A stretch of DNA of 64,000 nt. Origin: Octopus vulgaris (Eukaryota). How positions within the stretch are numbered: the first letter of the stretch is position 1; the number at the start of each line of letters is the position of its first letter. Position numbers and translations under genes: made by a program. The DNA lies in the NCBI GenBank assembly GCA_951406725.2, contig OX597835.1, positions 45,384,001-45,448,000 of the forward strand, in the 5' to 3' direction. Below are positions 13,264 to 25,514 of this stretch, piece after piece. Below the pieces are notes generated by a model. It was given only the letters and a program-made list of their open reading frames with translations, was not told where the DNA came from and searched no databases.

Positions 13264-14533
13264 CGAGGGGCGTTCAATAAGTAATGCCCCTGACCCATAG
13301 CAGTAGAGCAACGAAACTTGGCACAGTTATTAGTCTTTTTCTACATAGGAACCACCCAGAGTTACGCATTTCTCCCATCGTTTGATGCAGCTCTGGAGAC
13401 GATTTTTGTAGAAGAACCCAGCTTGGTCCTCCAACCAAGACGTGACTTCAGAAATCAAGGCTGCATCATCTGGGAAATGCTTTCCTTTCAAAAACTAATT
13501 CATTATTGGGAAGAGGTGAAAATCAGAGGGTGTAAGGTCAAGAAAGTAGGGGAGATGGGGAGGAGTTCATAGCCATACGCCTGTGCTTCTGATCTGGCGA
13601 CAAGCGAGTTGTGGACCGGAGCGTTGTCCTGCAGGAGGAGGATGCCTTTGCTGATCTTGCCCCGCCTCTTGATTTTGATAACTTCTCTTAATTTCCTCAA
13701 AAGTGAAGCATAATAGGCTCCTGCAATTGTTGTACCCTTTGCCAGGAAATCTGTCATCACTACTCCGTCCTGGTCCCAGAAAACTGTGAGCATGACCTTG
13801 CCAGCGGAGGGCTGCACCCTTGCCTTCTTTGGAGGGGGTGAGTCACGGTGCTTCCACTGCATTGACTGGGCTTTGGTCTCTGGATCATCGTGATGGACCC
13901 AGGTTTCATCCTGTGTAATCAGTCTTTTGAAAAATTTTGACTCATCTTGGCACATCTCCAAATTCACCCTCGAGTACTCGACGCGTTCTTGCTTCTGGAA
14001 AGGCGTGAGCAACCTGGGAATCCATCTGGCAGACACCTTTTGCATATGCAAATGGTCATGAATGATAGTTTCCACATACCCGGTACGAATCTTGACCTCA
14101 TGGGCTATTTGGCGAATAATTATGCGTCGATCTTCCAAAATGGCAGCCTCAACTTGACGCACAGATGCCTCATCAATGGCAGAAGGGGGCGACCAGATCT
14201 GGGAGCTGTTTCCACAGAGTTCCGACCATGTTTGAATTTATGATGCCAGCGTTTTACAAGGTCATATGATGGGGCATCATCACCATAAGTTACTTTCATT
14301 TCATCAAAATTCTCCCGTGGTGTGCGTCCTTTCAAATACAAAAACCGGATCACTGCTCGACACTCAACAGGCTCCATTTCACACTTGACTCGGTTCAAAC
14401 ACCTGTAAATCAGAAACCACAATTAATTCAGAGCTGTCATTTGCCACTTACTCTATAGAGATATGAATAATTGCACATGCTAGATCAAACAACTGCAAGT
14501 GGGTCAGAGGCATTATTTATTGAACGTCCCTCG
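13264..14533 (-). mobile_element. Full-length mariner DNA transposon, 1270 bp
   Basis: 34-bp imperfect TIRs (CGAGGGGCGTTCAATAAGTAATGCCCCTGACCCA and its inverse at 14500-14533), TA on both sides, transposase inside. Confidence 0.95.
13330..14377 (-). pseudogene. Mariner DD34D-type transposase, frameshifted
   Basis: MEPVECRAVIRFL..., WIPRLLT, ITQDETWVHH, LLQDNAPVH, PDLAPSDFHLF, WEKCVTLGGSYVEKD*. Frameshifts near 14180 and 13560. Confidence 0.92.
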
Positions 14534-14733
14534 TATATAAGTGTTTGTTTTTATGTTTAGTTATAATATGACCAATTTTACGTTTATCTGATAGGTTACT
14601 CTACAGAAGAATATTGTTGATAGTGACTTTAAAGTTGAGCCCTGCTCCGAATATGGCTTAACAGGCCGAGACTTAGAAGTCATTTTAACAATATGTTTTT
14701 TATTATAATCTACTGACGAGTACAAAATTTTTA

Positions 14734-14977
14734 ATATCTCACAGAGAGTAAGGGCCGCATGACAGGACCACCCGCGCCAACCTCATTAATAGCATAGTTC
14801 TACCTGCAATGTGATATGGTAGTAAAACATGGGCTACAACAAAGAGAGAACAAAAATTGGTAACGGCTCAAAGAGCCATGGAGAGGTCAATACTTGGAAT
14901 CACATTGAGAGAGCAGATCAGTAGCGAGGTCATCAGGGAGAAGTCCGGCGTGAGGGATGTCATCGCAGAATATACAC
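14734..14977 (+). mobile_element. RTE-clade LINE fragment
   Basis: Encodes LVTAQRAMERSILGITLREQISSEVIREKSGVRDVI. Inverted paralog of 19440-19690. Confidence 0.8.
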
Positions 14978-15012
14978 GACAGAGGAACTGTCGAAAAAAA
15001 AACCCAAACAAA

Positions 15013-15156
15013 TAAGTAGCTTGTCTACCAACCACATGGTTCCGAGTTCAGTCCCACTGCGTGGCACCTTGGGCAAGTGTCTTCTACTATAGCCTCGGGC
15101 CAACCAAAGCCTTGTGAGTGGATTTGGTAGACGGAAACTGAAAGAAGTCTGTCGTA

Positions 15157-15219
<63 letters not shown>

Positions 15220-15442
15220 CGTGTGTGTGTTTGTGTGTCTGTGTTTGTCCCCCTAGCATTGTTTGACAACCGATGCTGGTGTGTTTACATCCCCGTAACT
15301 TAGCAGTTCGGCAAACGAGACCGATTGAATATGTACTGGGCTTACAAAAGAATAAGTCCCGGGGTTGAGTTGCTCGATTAAAGGCGGTGCTCCAGCATGG
15401 CCACAGTCAAATGACTGAAAGAAGTAAAAGAGTAAAAGAGTA
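15013..15442 (+). mobile_element. SINE family A, slightly 5' truncated
   Basis: Body and tail homology. Confidence 0.88.
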
Positions 15443-15586
15443 ATAAAAATGATAAATACAAATAAGCTTTTCCAATCAAACTAATGATTGTTTTTTTTTC
15501 GGCTACAATAATATTAAATTCGAATTTTCCTGTTTCTGTTTTAATTAAATGTTATAATAACATAAATATCTATATAGATTTAGTAA

Positions 15587-15685
15587 TGCGTGGCACCTTG
15601 GGCAAGTGTCTTCTGCTATAGCCCCGGGCCGACCAATGCCTTGTGAGTGGATTTGGTAGACGGAAACTGAAAGAAGCCTGTCGTA

Positions 15686-15784
<99 letters not shown>

Positions 15785-16025
15785 ATGTGTTTGTTTGTGT
15801 GTGTTTGTCCCCCGAGCATTGCTTGACAACCGATGCTGGTGTGTTTATGACCCTGTTACTTAGCAGTTCGGCAAACGAGACCGATAGAATAAGTACTGGG
15901 CTTACAAAAGAATAAGTCGCGGGGTCGAGTTGCTCGATTAAAGGCGGTGCTCCAGCATGGCCACAGTCAAATGACTGAAACAAGTAAAAGAGTAAAAGAG
16001 TAAAAGAGTAAAAGAGTAAAGAGTA
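15587..16025 (+). mobile_element. SINE family A, 5' truncated
   Basis: Body homology, long internal (TA)n, (GAGTAAAA)n tail. Confidence 0.88.
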
Positions 16026-16198
16026 TATATGAAGAGTTAAATTTTGTCTTTGAATAGAGTCTGATGATTTGTCAACATGGGTGCGGTTTTTGTGGATGCG
16101 AAACCATCGACCACTCTATGACTAGGTTTTAACTTTATGATTTAATCCATTAGTGGTCTAATTTCTAGAGTTTGTTTCTTATTCAGATATATGATATA

Positions 16199-16238
<40 letters not shown>

Positions 16239-16240
<2 letters not shown>

Positions 16241-16309
16241 GGAGTAAACACATAAATGTGAAACAAGGTGGAAAAAGAGTACTCAAATACCAGTGGTAGA
16301 GTAATATGC
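16239..16309 (+). repeat. Short (TA)n-embedded cassette
   Basis: Matches 9749-9815 in inverted orientation. Confidence 0.8.
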
Positions 16310-16313
16310 TAGA

Positions 16314-16360
<47 letters not shown>

Positions 16361-16364
<4 letters not shown>

Positions 16365-16617
16365 GAGATAAAACCACTATTAGGCAAATCAAACAATGAA
16401 AAACTTAAGCCAATACATAAAATTAATTAATTTATATTATTTTAAATATATATCGAAATTATTAAAAGTTTAATAAAAGATAATATATATATATATATAT
16501 AAGTTTAAATTATTTAAATAATTTTTTATTTTTAACTTTTATATTTTTAATTTAATTTTATGTATTGGCTTATGTTTTTCACTGTTTGATTTGCCTAATA
16601 GTGGTTTTACCTCTAAT
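16361..16617. mobile_element. Miniature fold-back element related to the termini of the 31992-33632 palindrome
   Basis: ~70-bp inverted arms ATTAGAGATAAAACCACTATT..CAATACATAAAATT around an AT-rich spacer. Confidence 0.7.
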
Positions 16618-16620
16618 TTA

Positions 16621-16653
<33 letters not shown>

Positions 16654-16656
<3 letters not shown>

Positions 16657-17173
16657 GGTATGTAGAAAAATACAACATGGACAAGAACGTATAACTCTTA
16701 GAAGACGATACAATAAACACGGACAGGACATTCGAAACCCTCAGTCTTCAGTCAACAACCGGATCATCGTAGTAATTTCGGCTGATTAATCTTGAGATTA
16801 CTAGATCACGGCCAGCCCTCAAGAAAAACTAAGCAACGAGCATTAGAAAAACTAAGCTGGAAGCGTAGATTTCCTGGAAGAAGGATCGAATGCATACGAA
16901 CACCAGGACAGCAAAAGGGACAGATATAAAAAAACAAAAAACAATAATGGAATACAGAAACATGAAATACAGAAGCATTAACGGTGAAAACAACAAGTGT
17001 CTTACGACTGATAACAAGCAAACAAATTTTTTCTCTGGCGCAGTGGAAGAAGCCTTTATAGCGGCGGACGAAAAACAACGATGTTAACGTGACGATGGTC
17101 AGGAGCTGAAAGGCAGATTTCGGCCAACAGTCACGTGACAGAGAAGAGGGAAAAGAAAAGAAAGAGAAGCAAA

Positions 17174-17207
<34 letters not shown>

Positions 17208-17605
17208 GACAAACGCAACAAAGAGAGAGAAGAGAGAGAAAGAAGGAATCAGAGAGGAGAAGGGATGGGTGTCGAAGAATGACCTGTGAGTGCAGAGCGA
17301 GACAAAGAAATAGGAGGGTAGTGGAAGACTAGACCAAAGAATCAGAGGAAAGAGAAGAGAAAAAGAGGATGAGTAGAGAGAAAAGAGAGAGAGGGGGACA
17401 GATCAAGTAAAAATGAGAGAGAGAGAGAGACAAACAGAGAGTCGTACCAATTATTAAGAATATGTGCTCACATTAATGTTAAGGGGGGTACGGGGCGCCT
17501 GGAATATATGTTAAGGTATGTAGAAAAATACAAGAACGTATAACTCTTAGAAGACGATACAATAAACACGGACAGGACATTCGAAACCCTCAGTCTTCAG
17601 TCAAG
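16654..17605 (-). mobile_element. (TA)n-embedded non-coding element with ~100-bp terminal direct repeat (pLTR/retrozyme-like)
   Basis: 16654-16755 is repeated at 17512-17605. Related to 31458-31718. Confidence 0.7.
16745..16817 (-). ncRNA. Candidate rewired (non-circularly permuted) hammerhead-like RNA
   Basis: GGCTGG..TAGTAAT-C-TCAAG..TCAGCC-GAAA-TTACTA..TTGA-CTGAAGA. Helices covary with 31548-31620. Confidence 0.6.
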
Positions 17606-17717
<112 letters not shown>

Positions 17718-18323
17718 TACACGTATATATGTATACATAGGGAGATAAACAGATACACATATGCATATGTGTGTGTGTGTGCGTGTGTGTAAACTTCTGA
17801 ATATTTTGTATGCTGATCTGCCAGTTTGAGTTAAATACTGTATGATTATGTTGTCCTACACAACTTTTTATTATAAAAATATGTGTTTTGTGTCAATTTC
17901 CCTTGAACACTCTCTTTTCGTCTGGTTATTATTGTTTCTTCGTCTATAAATCCATTCTTTATTTATTTACCTGTCTTTCCCTATCCTACTACTTCCGACA
18001 TCACATTTGTAGAATGTTGAAATAACATTTTCCATTATTTACACATTTTCATAGAGTTCGAGATTAGCAGAAGTTCGTTTTTCTTCGATACAATATCACG
18101 TGGTCCAAAGGCAGAGGTACTGTCGGAAAAAAAGGAAAAAAAATAATAATAATAATAAAAAGGAGAAATACAAATAAGCTTTTCCAATCAAAGTAACGAT
18201 GGGTTTTTTTTTCGGCTACAATAATATTAAATTCGGATTTTCCTGTTTCTATTACAATTTGAAGAAAATTATTTATATAGAAACAAAACGTAGCATCTGG
18301 TTCAGTCTTGTAAATCTAAAGTA

Positions 18324-19268
18324 TCAGTTTGAGTAAAAGTAAGCAACGTTTTGAACCACGAAGAATTTGTACCGAATTTTTGCAGAGTTTTGAATTTTCG
18401 TTTAAACATTTTATTTGCAATATTCTGATAATACATATACTCGCTCAAATGCATGAATAAATTAACATTGATACTTCAAGTTAGCGAGAAAACTGCCTGC
18501 AACCGTTTGCCTGCGGTCTGAAAATATATAAAAAAGCGTGACAAATGGGTACAACAGGAATTGAATGAAAATCAGAAAATGTGCTGATGTAAAATTTGCT
18601 CGTCGCTTCTTCTCTGTAACCAGACGGATCCGTTTCTCGACCGAAGTGTAATTTGTGAGGAAAAGTGGATTCTATACAATAATAAAAATACGTTCTTCAC
18701 AATGGTTGGACCAAAATGAAGCACCGAAAACCTACCCTTAAAATCGAGCTCTTCAAAAAAAGGTTATGATAACCTTTTGGTGGTGTACTGCTGGACGCAT
18801 CCACTATAACTTCTTAAACCCGGTAAAAACATTACTGTAGAAAACTATTGCCATAATATTGCCCTCCGATTGGTCAGCAGAAAAGGGCCAGTCATTCTTC
18901 CTGACAATGCTTGGCCACGTTTCACTAATGACGCTCCAGAAGTTGAGGGAAATCGGCTATGAAGTTGTTCCCCACCCAGCTTATTCTCCAGACCATTCTC
19001 CTACCGACAACTACTTTTTCAAGTAGCTTGATGATTTCCTACGAGAGAAAGAGCTAAGAAATCAAACCATGCTGAAAGTGCGTTTGAAGTGTTCCTCAGC
19101 TACAGAACTCCAGATTTTTATGTTACCGGAGAAAACAAACTTGTATCTCGTTGGCAAAAATGTGTTGATTGTAATGGTACTTACTTTTGATGAATAAAAT
19201 TTCTGCATTTTGGAAATATATTGTGATGAATTTCATGTTTCAAAAAGTTGCTTACGTTTTACTCAGCA
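18324..19268 (+). mobile_element. Degenerate, internally deleted mariner
   Basis: TIR TGAGTAAAA(C)GTAAGCAAC.TTTTGAA at both ends. Remnants KWVQQELNENQK, PFLDRSVICEEKWILYNN, HPAYSPDHSPTD, RWQKCVDCNGTY. Confidence 0.85.
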
Positions 19269-19284
19269 TACCTCTTCGTTTAGG

Positions 19285-19810
19285 TTACAAGTGAACAAGT
19301 GAACCTGAAATCGTAACTCCACCGTCGTGCACGCCCTGCGAGTGGTCGTTTCCGCTCAGGCGGGTACCACCTACAACTGCGCGGTTTGACCTATTATCGG
19401 TAAGCCGGACAACGTGTCCAGCCCATCTAAACTTGCTGAGTGTATATTCTGTGATGACATCCCTCACGCCGGACTTCTCCCTGATGACCTCGCTACTGAT
19501 CTGCTCTCTCAATGTGATTCCAAGCATTGACCTTTCCATGGCTCTTTGAGCCGTTACCAATCTTTGTTCTTCTCTCTTTGTTGTAGCCCATGTTTCACCA
19601 CCATATTACATATCAGCTAGAACTGTGCTATTGATGAGGTTGGCGTGGGTGGTCCCGTCATCCGGCCCTTACTCTCCGTGAGATCTCCTTTTTGATATCT
19701 CGGCATATATTCAGTTCCTGTCCCAGGTAGACACACTCCTTTATCTACTCTATTTCATCATTCATCACTGCCGATCATCATTCGACCTGTTGGTACGTTG
19801 TCTGACCGCA
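19285..19810 (-). mobile_element. RTE-clade LINE 3' fragment
   Basis: TAQRAMERSMLGITLREQI..KFRWAGHVVRLTDNR. Confidence 0.85.
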
Positions 19811-19818
19811 TAAACTTC

Positions 19819-19960
<142 letters not shown>

Positions 19961-20087
19961 GTATCTCTCTCTCTCTATATATATATATATATACATACAC
20001 ACATATATAATGGCGGTGCCCCAGCATGGCCTCAGCTCGTGAGCTGAAACTAGATAAAATAATAAATAAATAAAATAAAATATATAT

Positions 20088-20136
<49 letters not shown>

Positions 20137-20142
<6 letters not shown>

Positions 20143-20300
20143 CAGAAAAATTAAAGACGAAGACAGGTGTATAAACAACAAACAGGTGTAATAGTTTGAC
20201 GTTCGGGAAGGTGAGAAAGTCTTTTACGTTTCGAGCCTACGTTCTTCAACAGAAAGGAACATGATGATATAAACAGAGCGAGAATAAAATGAAAAAGAAA
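20137..20300 (-). mobile_element. (TA)n-abutting element end with atypical hammerhead-like motif
   Basis: Homologous to 25118-25325 and to the 9640-9695 fragment. GA.C-N4-GCTC-GAAACGT motif. Confidence 0.5.
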
Positions 20301-20744
20301 ATTTACTTGTGGATATTAAGTGGAAAATTCAACTTGGCCCCAACTATCGATAATGAGTTTTCAATTATTCGATCTACAGAACTACTAGCATAAATGTTAC
20401 TGAGTATTGTATATATCGTTTATATAATTCTTAGCCGGAATTAGTTCGACGCACAGCAACCTACGAATTACAATTACAGTCTTTTTGATATGCTTCGTCC
20501 ACCATCGCAAATGCCCACAAATTATTGATGTAGCTACTTAGAAATAACTAGAAAACTTATATTTGCATGATTTTGGAGTTCTATTCTTGTAGTATAATTG
20601 CACGAGTAAGCGTAGTCTAAGTATTTCACTACCATAGCATAAAGAGCATAACATTTTCAATAGATTACTTGCAACTGTATTTACACCTTATCAAGTAACC
20701 ATATAATGCACAGCTTTCCAATATAAATAAAAGAAATAAACCTA

Positions 20745-20945
20745 ACAGAATCGTTAATCCGCTGGGCAAAACGCTTAGCGATTTCGTTCGTCTGTACGTT
20801 CTGGGTTCATATTCTGCCGAGATCGACTTTGCCTTTCATCCTTTACAGATCGATAAAATATGTAGCAGTTGGTCACTGGGGTTGATGTAATCGATTTACC
20901 CTCTCTTCACCGAACTTGATAATTTAGAGCCAACATTTGAACGCA
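20745..20945 (+). mobile_element. SINE family B, degenerate
   Basis: TCGACTTTGCCTTTCATCCTTT..CGATAAAA motif. Confidence 0.7.
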
Positions 20946-21913
20946 ATATAAATAACTCTAAATAGACCTTTCCAGAATATATTATACACTTTTACTGACA
21001 CATTTCCTCCGCTTTTAACCTCGTTTACCTAAGCAGAGCTTTCAAGTTTTCAGAGAGAAAAAAAAAAAAGAAAGATGCCATTAGATCTCTCATTTTTTTC
21101 GAAAGAAAGAAACTCACCTTCGTTATAGATATAAATGTAGGACATGGTTTCAAAGTAAGTAAGTTTTATATTGGCGAAAGCGAAATAATTTTAAAAAGGT
21201 AAAAGAAAAGAAACAACGAGATAGTATCAGATTTCTAAGTTTTCGAGACAAACAAAAGTATCTTTAGTATAAATATGTAGCAAGGATGATATGAAAGGAA
21301 TATTAGCGCTTACAAATTGAAAAATGCTTACTCTAAAATGAAGGAAAACCAAAGTGGAAATTTACCTATTGTAATAACACTTTTAACCATTCTTAGAACA
21401 GTTACTATAACCAACTATTTCAATAGCAAAATCTTAAAGTGCTTTTTAGACATTATTAAATGGTTAACTACTCTCATGTTCCGGTGGAGTTTATATAATT
21501 TATCGAAACGCATTTCACCATTGAAAATTTGGAAAATGATTATAATTTGTTTTATTTATCTCTTTTAAGATGCCACTGAGATTTCCTTTTGTCTCTGTTC
21601 TTTCTTCCCCTCCTATTTTCCTGTCTCACTTCATTTTCCCTCTGTTCGTATTATCAAAGTGTACAAGTCATTTTACTAACTTACTCACTATTGCATTAAT
21701 ATATAAATATTTGACTAAATAGTTAAATACTTGAGCAAGGAATATTATCATATCTGATTGTTTTATAGTTTCTTTAATTATGAAGCAGGTGTTACCATAC
21801 ATAATAGCCTATTCATATTAGCTGCTAATAGAAAATTTCATCGTATTTTATATGTAGACGTTATTGCTTTGTTTCTCACTCTCTCTTTTTCCTTCTCTCT
21901 TTCTACATATGTA

Positions 21914-21990
<77 letters not shown>

Positions 21991-22065
21991 CCGTCTGTCT
22001 GTGACATCCTGTAAGTACATATATTCAAAATATTGTATTTACAAAAGTTCATATATATGCGTGTC

Positions 22066-22106
<41 letters not shown>

Positions 22107-23011
22107 ACGTGTGCGTACGTGTGTATGTATGTATATACACACACGTATATATATATATATATATATGCATGTATGTGTGCATGTGAATATGCAAGTGTAT
22201 GTGTGGGTGCCTGTTTTATCCATATGTGCAAAAGCGTATGTGTACATATGTTTACATATAAACCACACTAGGTTTTATTTCATTACTTATATAACAATAT
22301 ATAATATGCTGATGTTTTACATAGAACACAGCTAATATTAAAATCAAATATATTTCCTGAAAACATGACTGGCTATTATTTATCTATTTCTCAAACTGCT
22401 AAGCTATGTATTAACTTTTATGGTATACCATGTCATTTATCATAAATTTATTTACTTAGATTAAATTTGGGACTATGTATTATTCTGTTATTCTATTATT
22501 CTATTATTCTATTTATATTTGAACTTTCTTATTATCCAAAATATTTTAATCTAATCTAATTTGGAGCTTACGCATAAAAAAGTCCACTTTCTACTGAACA
22601 AGTAACTAGCAATTTTCCATGAAACTGTAATTCCGAATTGATTTTCCATACACAATATATGCTTTTATAGATATGTGTGTGCATGTGTGTGCGCGTGTGT
22701 ATGTGTGTGGATGTGTGTGTGTGTACATATGTGTATGTTTTGTGTTTATGTGTACGTAGAACAAAATATCGTCTTTAATCCCGTACGAGTGAAAATATAT
22801 ATCATCGATGGAGTTATTGATGGAAATTAGACTTTCTGAAACATGCCATTATTAACTTAATTACTTTCAATCTGCATTATATAATTCCAGTCCACATCAC
22901 TGTTTACAACCCGGATTAGAATGAAAAACGTATTTGATCATAATTTAATTTAATTAAACAGAGATTTAACCCAAAATATATGTGTTCCAAATGTCAGAAA
23001 CATAATTTCAT

Positions 23012-23099
<88 letters not shown>

Positions 23100-23780
23100 T
23101 GGATAGACAGATAGATATGCATGTATATATGAATATATATATATAAGTACATACATAAACTCACACACGAACATACATACGTGCATACATATAAACACAC
23201 ACTCATATATATATACATACACACTTAAATACACACACAAACACACACACATATACTTATATATAGAGTGATCGATTTATCTTATTTCTCATTACACGAG
23301 GCATATTTCTATGAAGTTCTTGAGATATTAGCTTGAATCAGTTTATTATGTATGTATTCAGTTCACAAATGATACTGTAAATTTTCCTAATGTAAGCACG
23401 GGGCCCAAATTTTAAGGAGAGGAGTGAACCTATATTTTTGTAGTACTTCATTTTATCGACGTACAGGAATAAGTACCGTGTTGCCGTCTATATATTATTG
23501 AAACTCATCATGCCTCGCAAGAAATATCACAAACTGTCGTTCTTAAAGGTCTCTCGTTCCACCACCCGAAAAAATAGATAAACTAATTCGACTTGAAGAA
23601 CCAAAGACTTTTATGCTTCTTTTGAAAATCAAATATATTAGGATATTGTCGAAAAGATTTTCCGGTTTTTGTATAAATAAATTTGGCGAACATAAAGCTT
23701 GTTATATTATATTCCACCTGAGCCTAATTTGCTGAAGTTTTCAGAACAAAAACTCAGGGATTTCTGTCATTACTTTAACA

Positions 23781-24360
23781 TACAGGGTGTAGTTGTAATA
23801 TTGTGAGAGTTTTGAAGGTGAAATCTTTTTGTCATTCAAAATAGTTTACGCTTAATCGAATTTATTTTTTAAAGATTATATATCATTTATTCAGGCGGAA
23901 GCCATAGGGAAATAGGTTTTCAAAAATCTCCAATACTCGATATGTTGGGAGTAAAGCTACATTTGTAAAGCTCTAACACGTCCGAATCACTTAGAAAGAT
24001 GAATCACTCGGAGAAATGTAATGAATAACTATGAATCTGTAACCTATATGCAGATGACAGTTTACTTCATACAATCAATAATCTGGTGCCAATCATGTAA
24101 CACACCTTGTTTCTAATTAATGACATCAAAGCAATATGTTTTGTATTTCTAGCAAGGGAATGTGGAACACCACCCAAGAGGTATACAGCAGATTTTCAAA
24201 CACCCTCACTCTTAAAATCAGCTATGCATGTCGCTATAAAATTGTCACTTGGAATACATGCAACAGTTGTCATATAGAAACTTGCAGCTCAAATCTCTTT
24301 AGATATCCTATGAATGTAGAATTAATCTACCCGCTCACTCAAGGTATTTCTCTCAACGAG
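23781..24360 (-). mobile_element. Possible highly decayed Tc1/mariner-type transposon remnant
   Basis: TA-CAGGGTG terminus at 23781 and weak minus-strand peptide remnants (GYLK, RVFENL). Confidence 0.3.
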
Positions 24361-24809
24361 AATGTTTTTTTTTTTTACTGAACAACGGAAAATGAAAGAA
24401 AATATAGGGAACTCCCTATAAAGTGTTCATAAGACTAACTCATATGACAGAATTGAAGGACTACTTCCGAGGGAAACTTCCTGATGTTAAAGCGATCAAT
24501 AAGAAAATTAACAAATGAGCAGTGATATTATCAAAGTGTCGACAATGGAGGAGATCTCTTGAGGCCGGTTTCCATCATCAATAAATGCTGGGCTCTGGTC
24601 ACAAAGGAGTGGGGGAGGAGGAGATGCTTCTCATGGTTATATTTTCGTAAAGGTAAGTCTATACTTATCTGGAAGTCTAGGCATTAACACCAATAAAACA
24701 GAGTAGAGTTTTATTCGCAACACATATACTGAAAGATTACATACGTGATACAGGGGCGAGCAACACTAGCTTACATTACAATCCCTAGCAATCTCCCGTT
24801 ACACACACT

Positions 24810-24844
<35 letters not shown>

Positions 24845-25066
24845 GCAAAAATATGTGTATATATTCATCTACACATATGTAGAAGTAAGTCCCGTCCAAG
24901 CGCATGACACCTCTTGAAAGATGATTTCAGAAAAATGCTTGGGACAACATATAGAAGTGCGAGAGCACGAGGGGAATGGACCGAGTGCTGTGGCCAGTGC
25001 AGCCAACTCTGTATCAGACAGCATGGCCCATCAAGATAGTCCAGGTTATATATATATACACACACA

Positions 25067-25117
<51 letters not shown>

Positions 25118-25120
<3 letters not shown>

Positions 25121-25325
25121 TGAAGTCACACAAAAAACACAACAAAAGTAGAAGGTTAGGTGGTGTAGACAACAAAAAATGTATTAGAATAATGCCAGGA
25201 GAAGTGAAAAAGTCGTTAACGTTTCGAGCCAACGCTCTACCACAGGAAGGAACTCAGAAAAAAGCAAGGAGAGAAAATAAAGAATGTGTTATGGCTAGCG
25301 ATCTATTATGGCGAAAATGATACAA
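25118..25325 (-). mobile_element. (TA)n-embedded element, same family as 20137-20300
   Basis: Shared ACGTTTCGAGCC.ACG.TCT..CAG.AAGGAAC on the plus strand. Confidence 0.55.
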
Positions 25326-25326
25326 G

Positions 25327-25391
<65 letters not shown>

Positions 25392-25392
<1 letters not shown>

Positions 25393-25514
25393 TGTCACGT
25401 GATTACGTGACCGATCAGGCTATCAGATGTTGCTACACATCGCTGGTCACATGCGTCTTGGCATTGTTTTAGCCTTCAAATGACGCCACCCCGCTGGCTA
25501 AGCGAGCAGGCCAA
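25392..25514 (-). mobile_element. SINE family C, 3' half, within (TA)n
   Basis: Matches 8845-8962. Confidence 0.8.

Noticed and set aside
14711-14735. CTGACGAG motif
   Set aside because: There is no matching stem II, GAAA or cleavage strand.
16745-16817. Reading the rewired motif as an HDV-like ribozyme
   Set aside because: There is no P3/L3 or P1.1, while the hammerhead core motifs sit exactly at the helix junctions.
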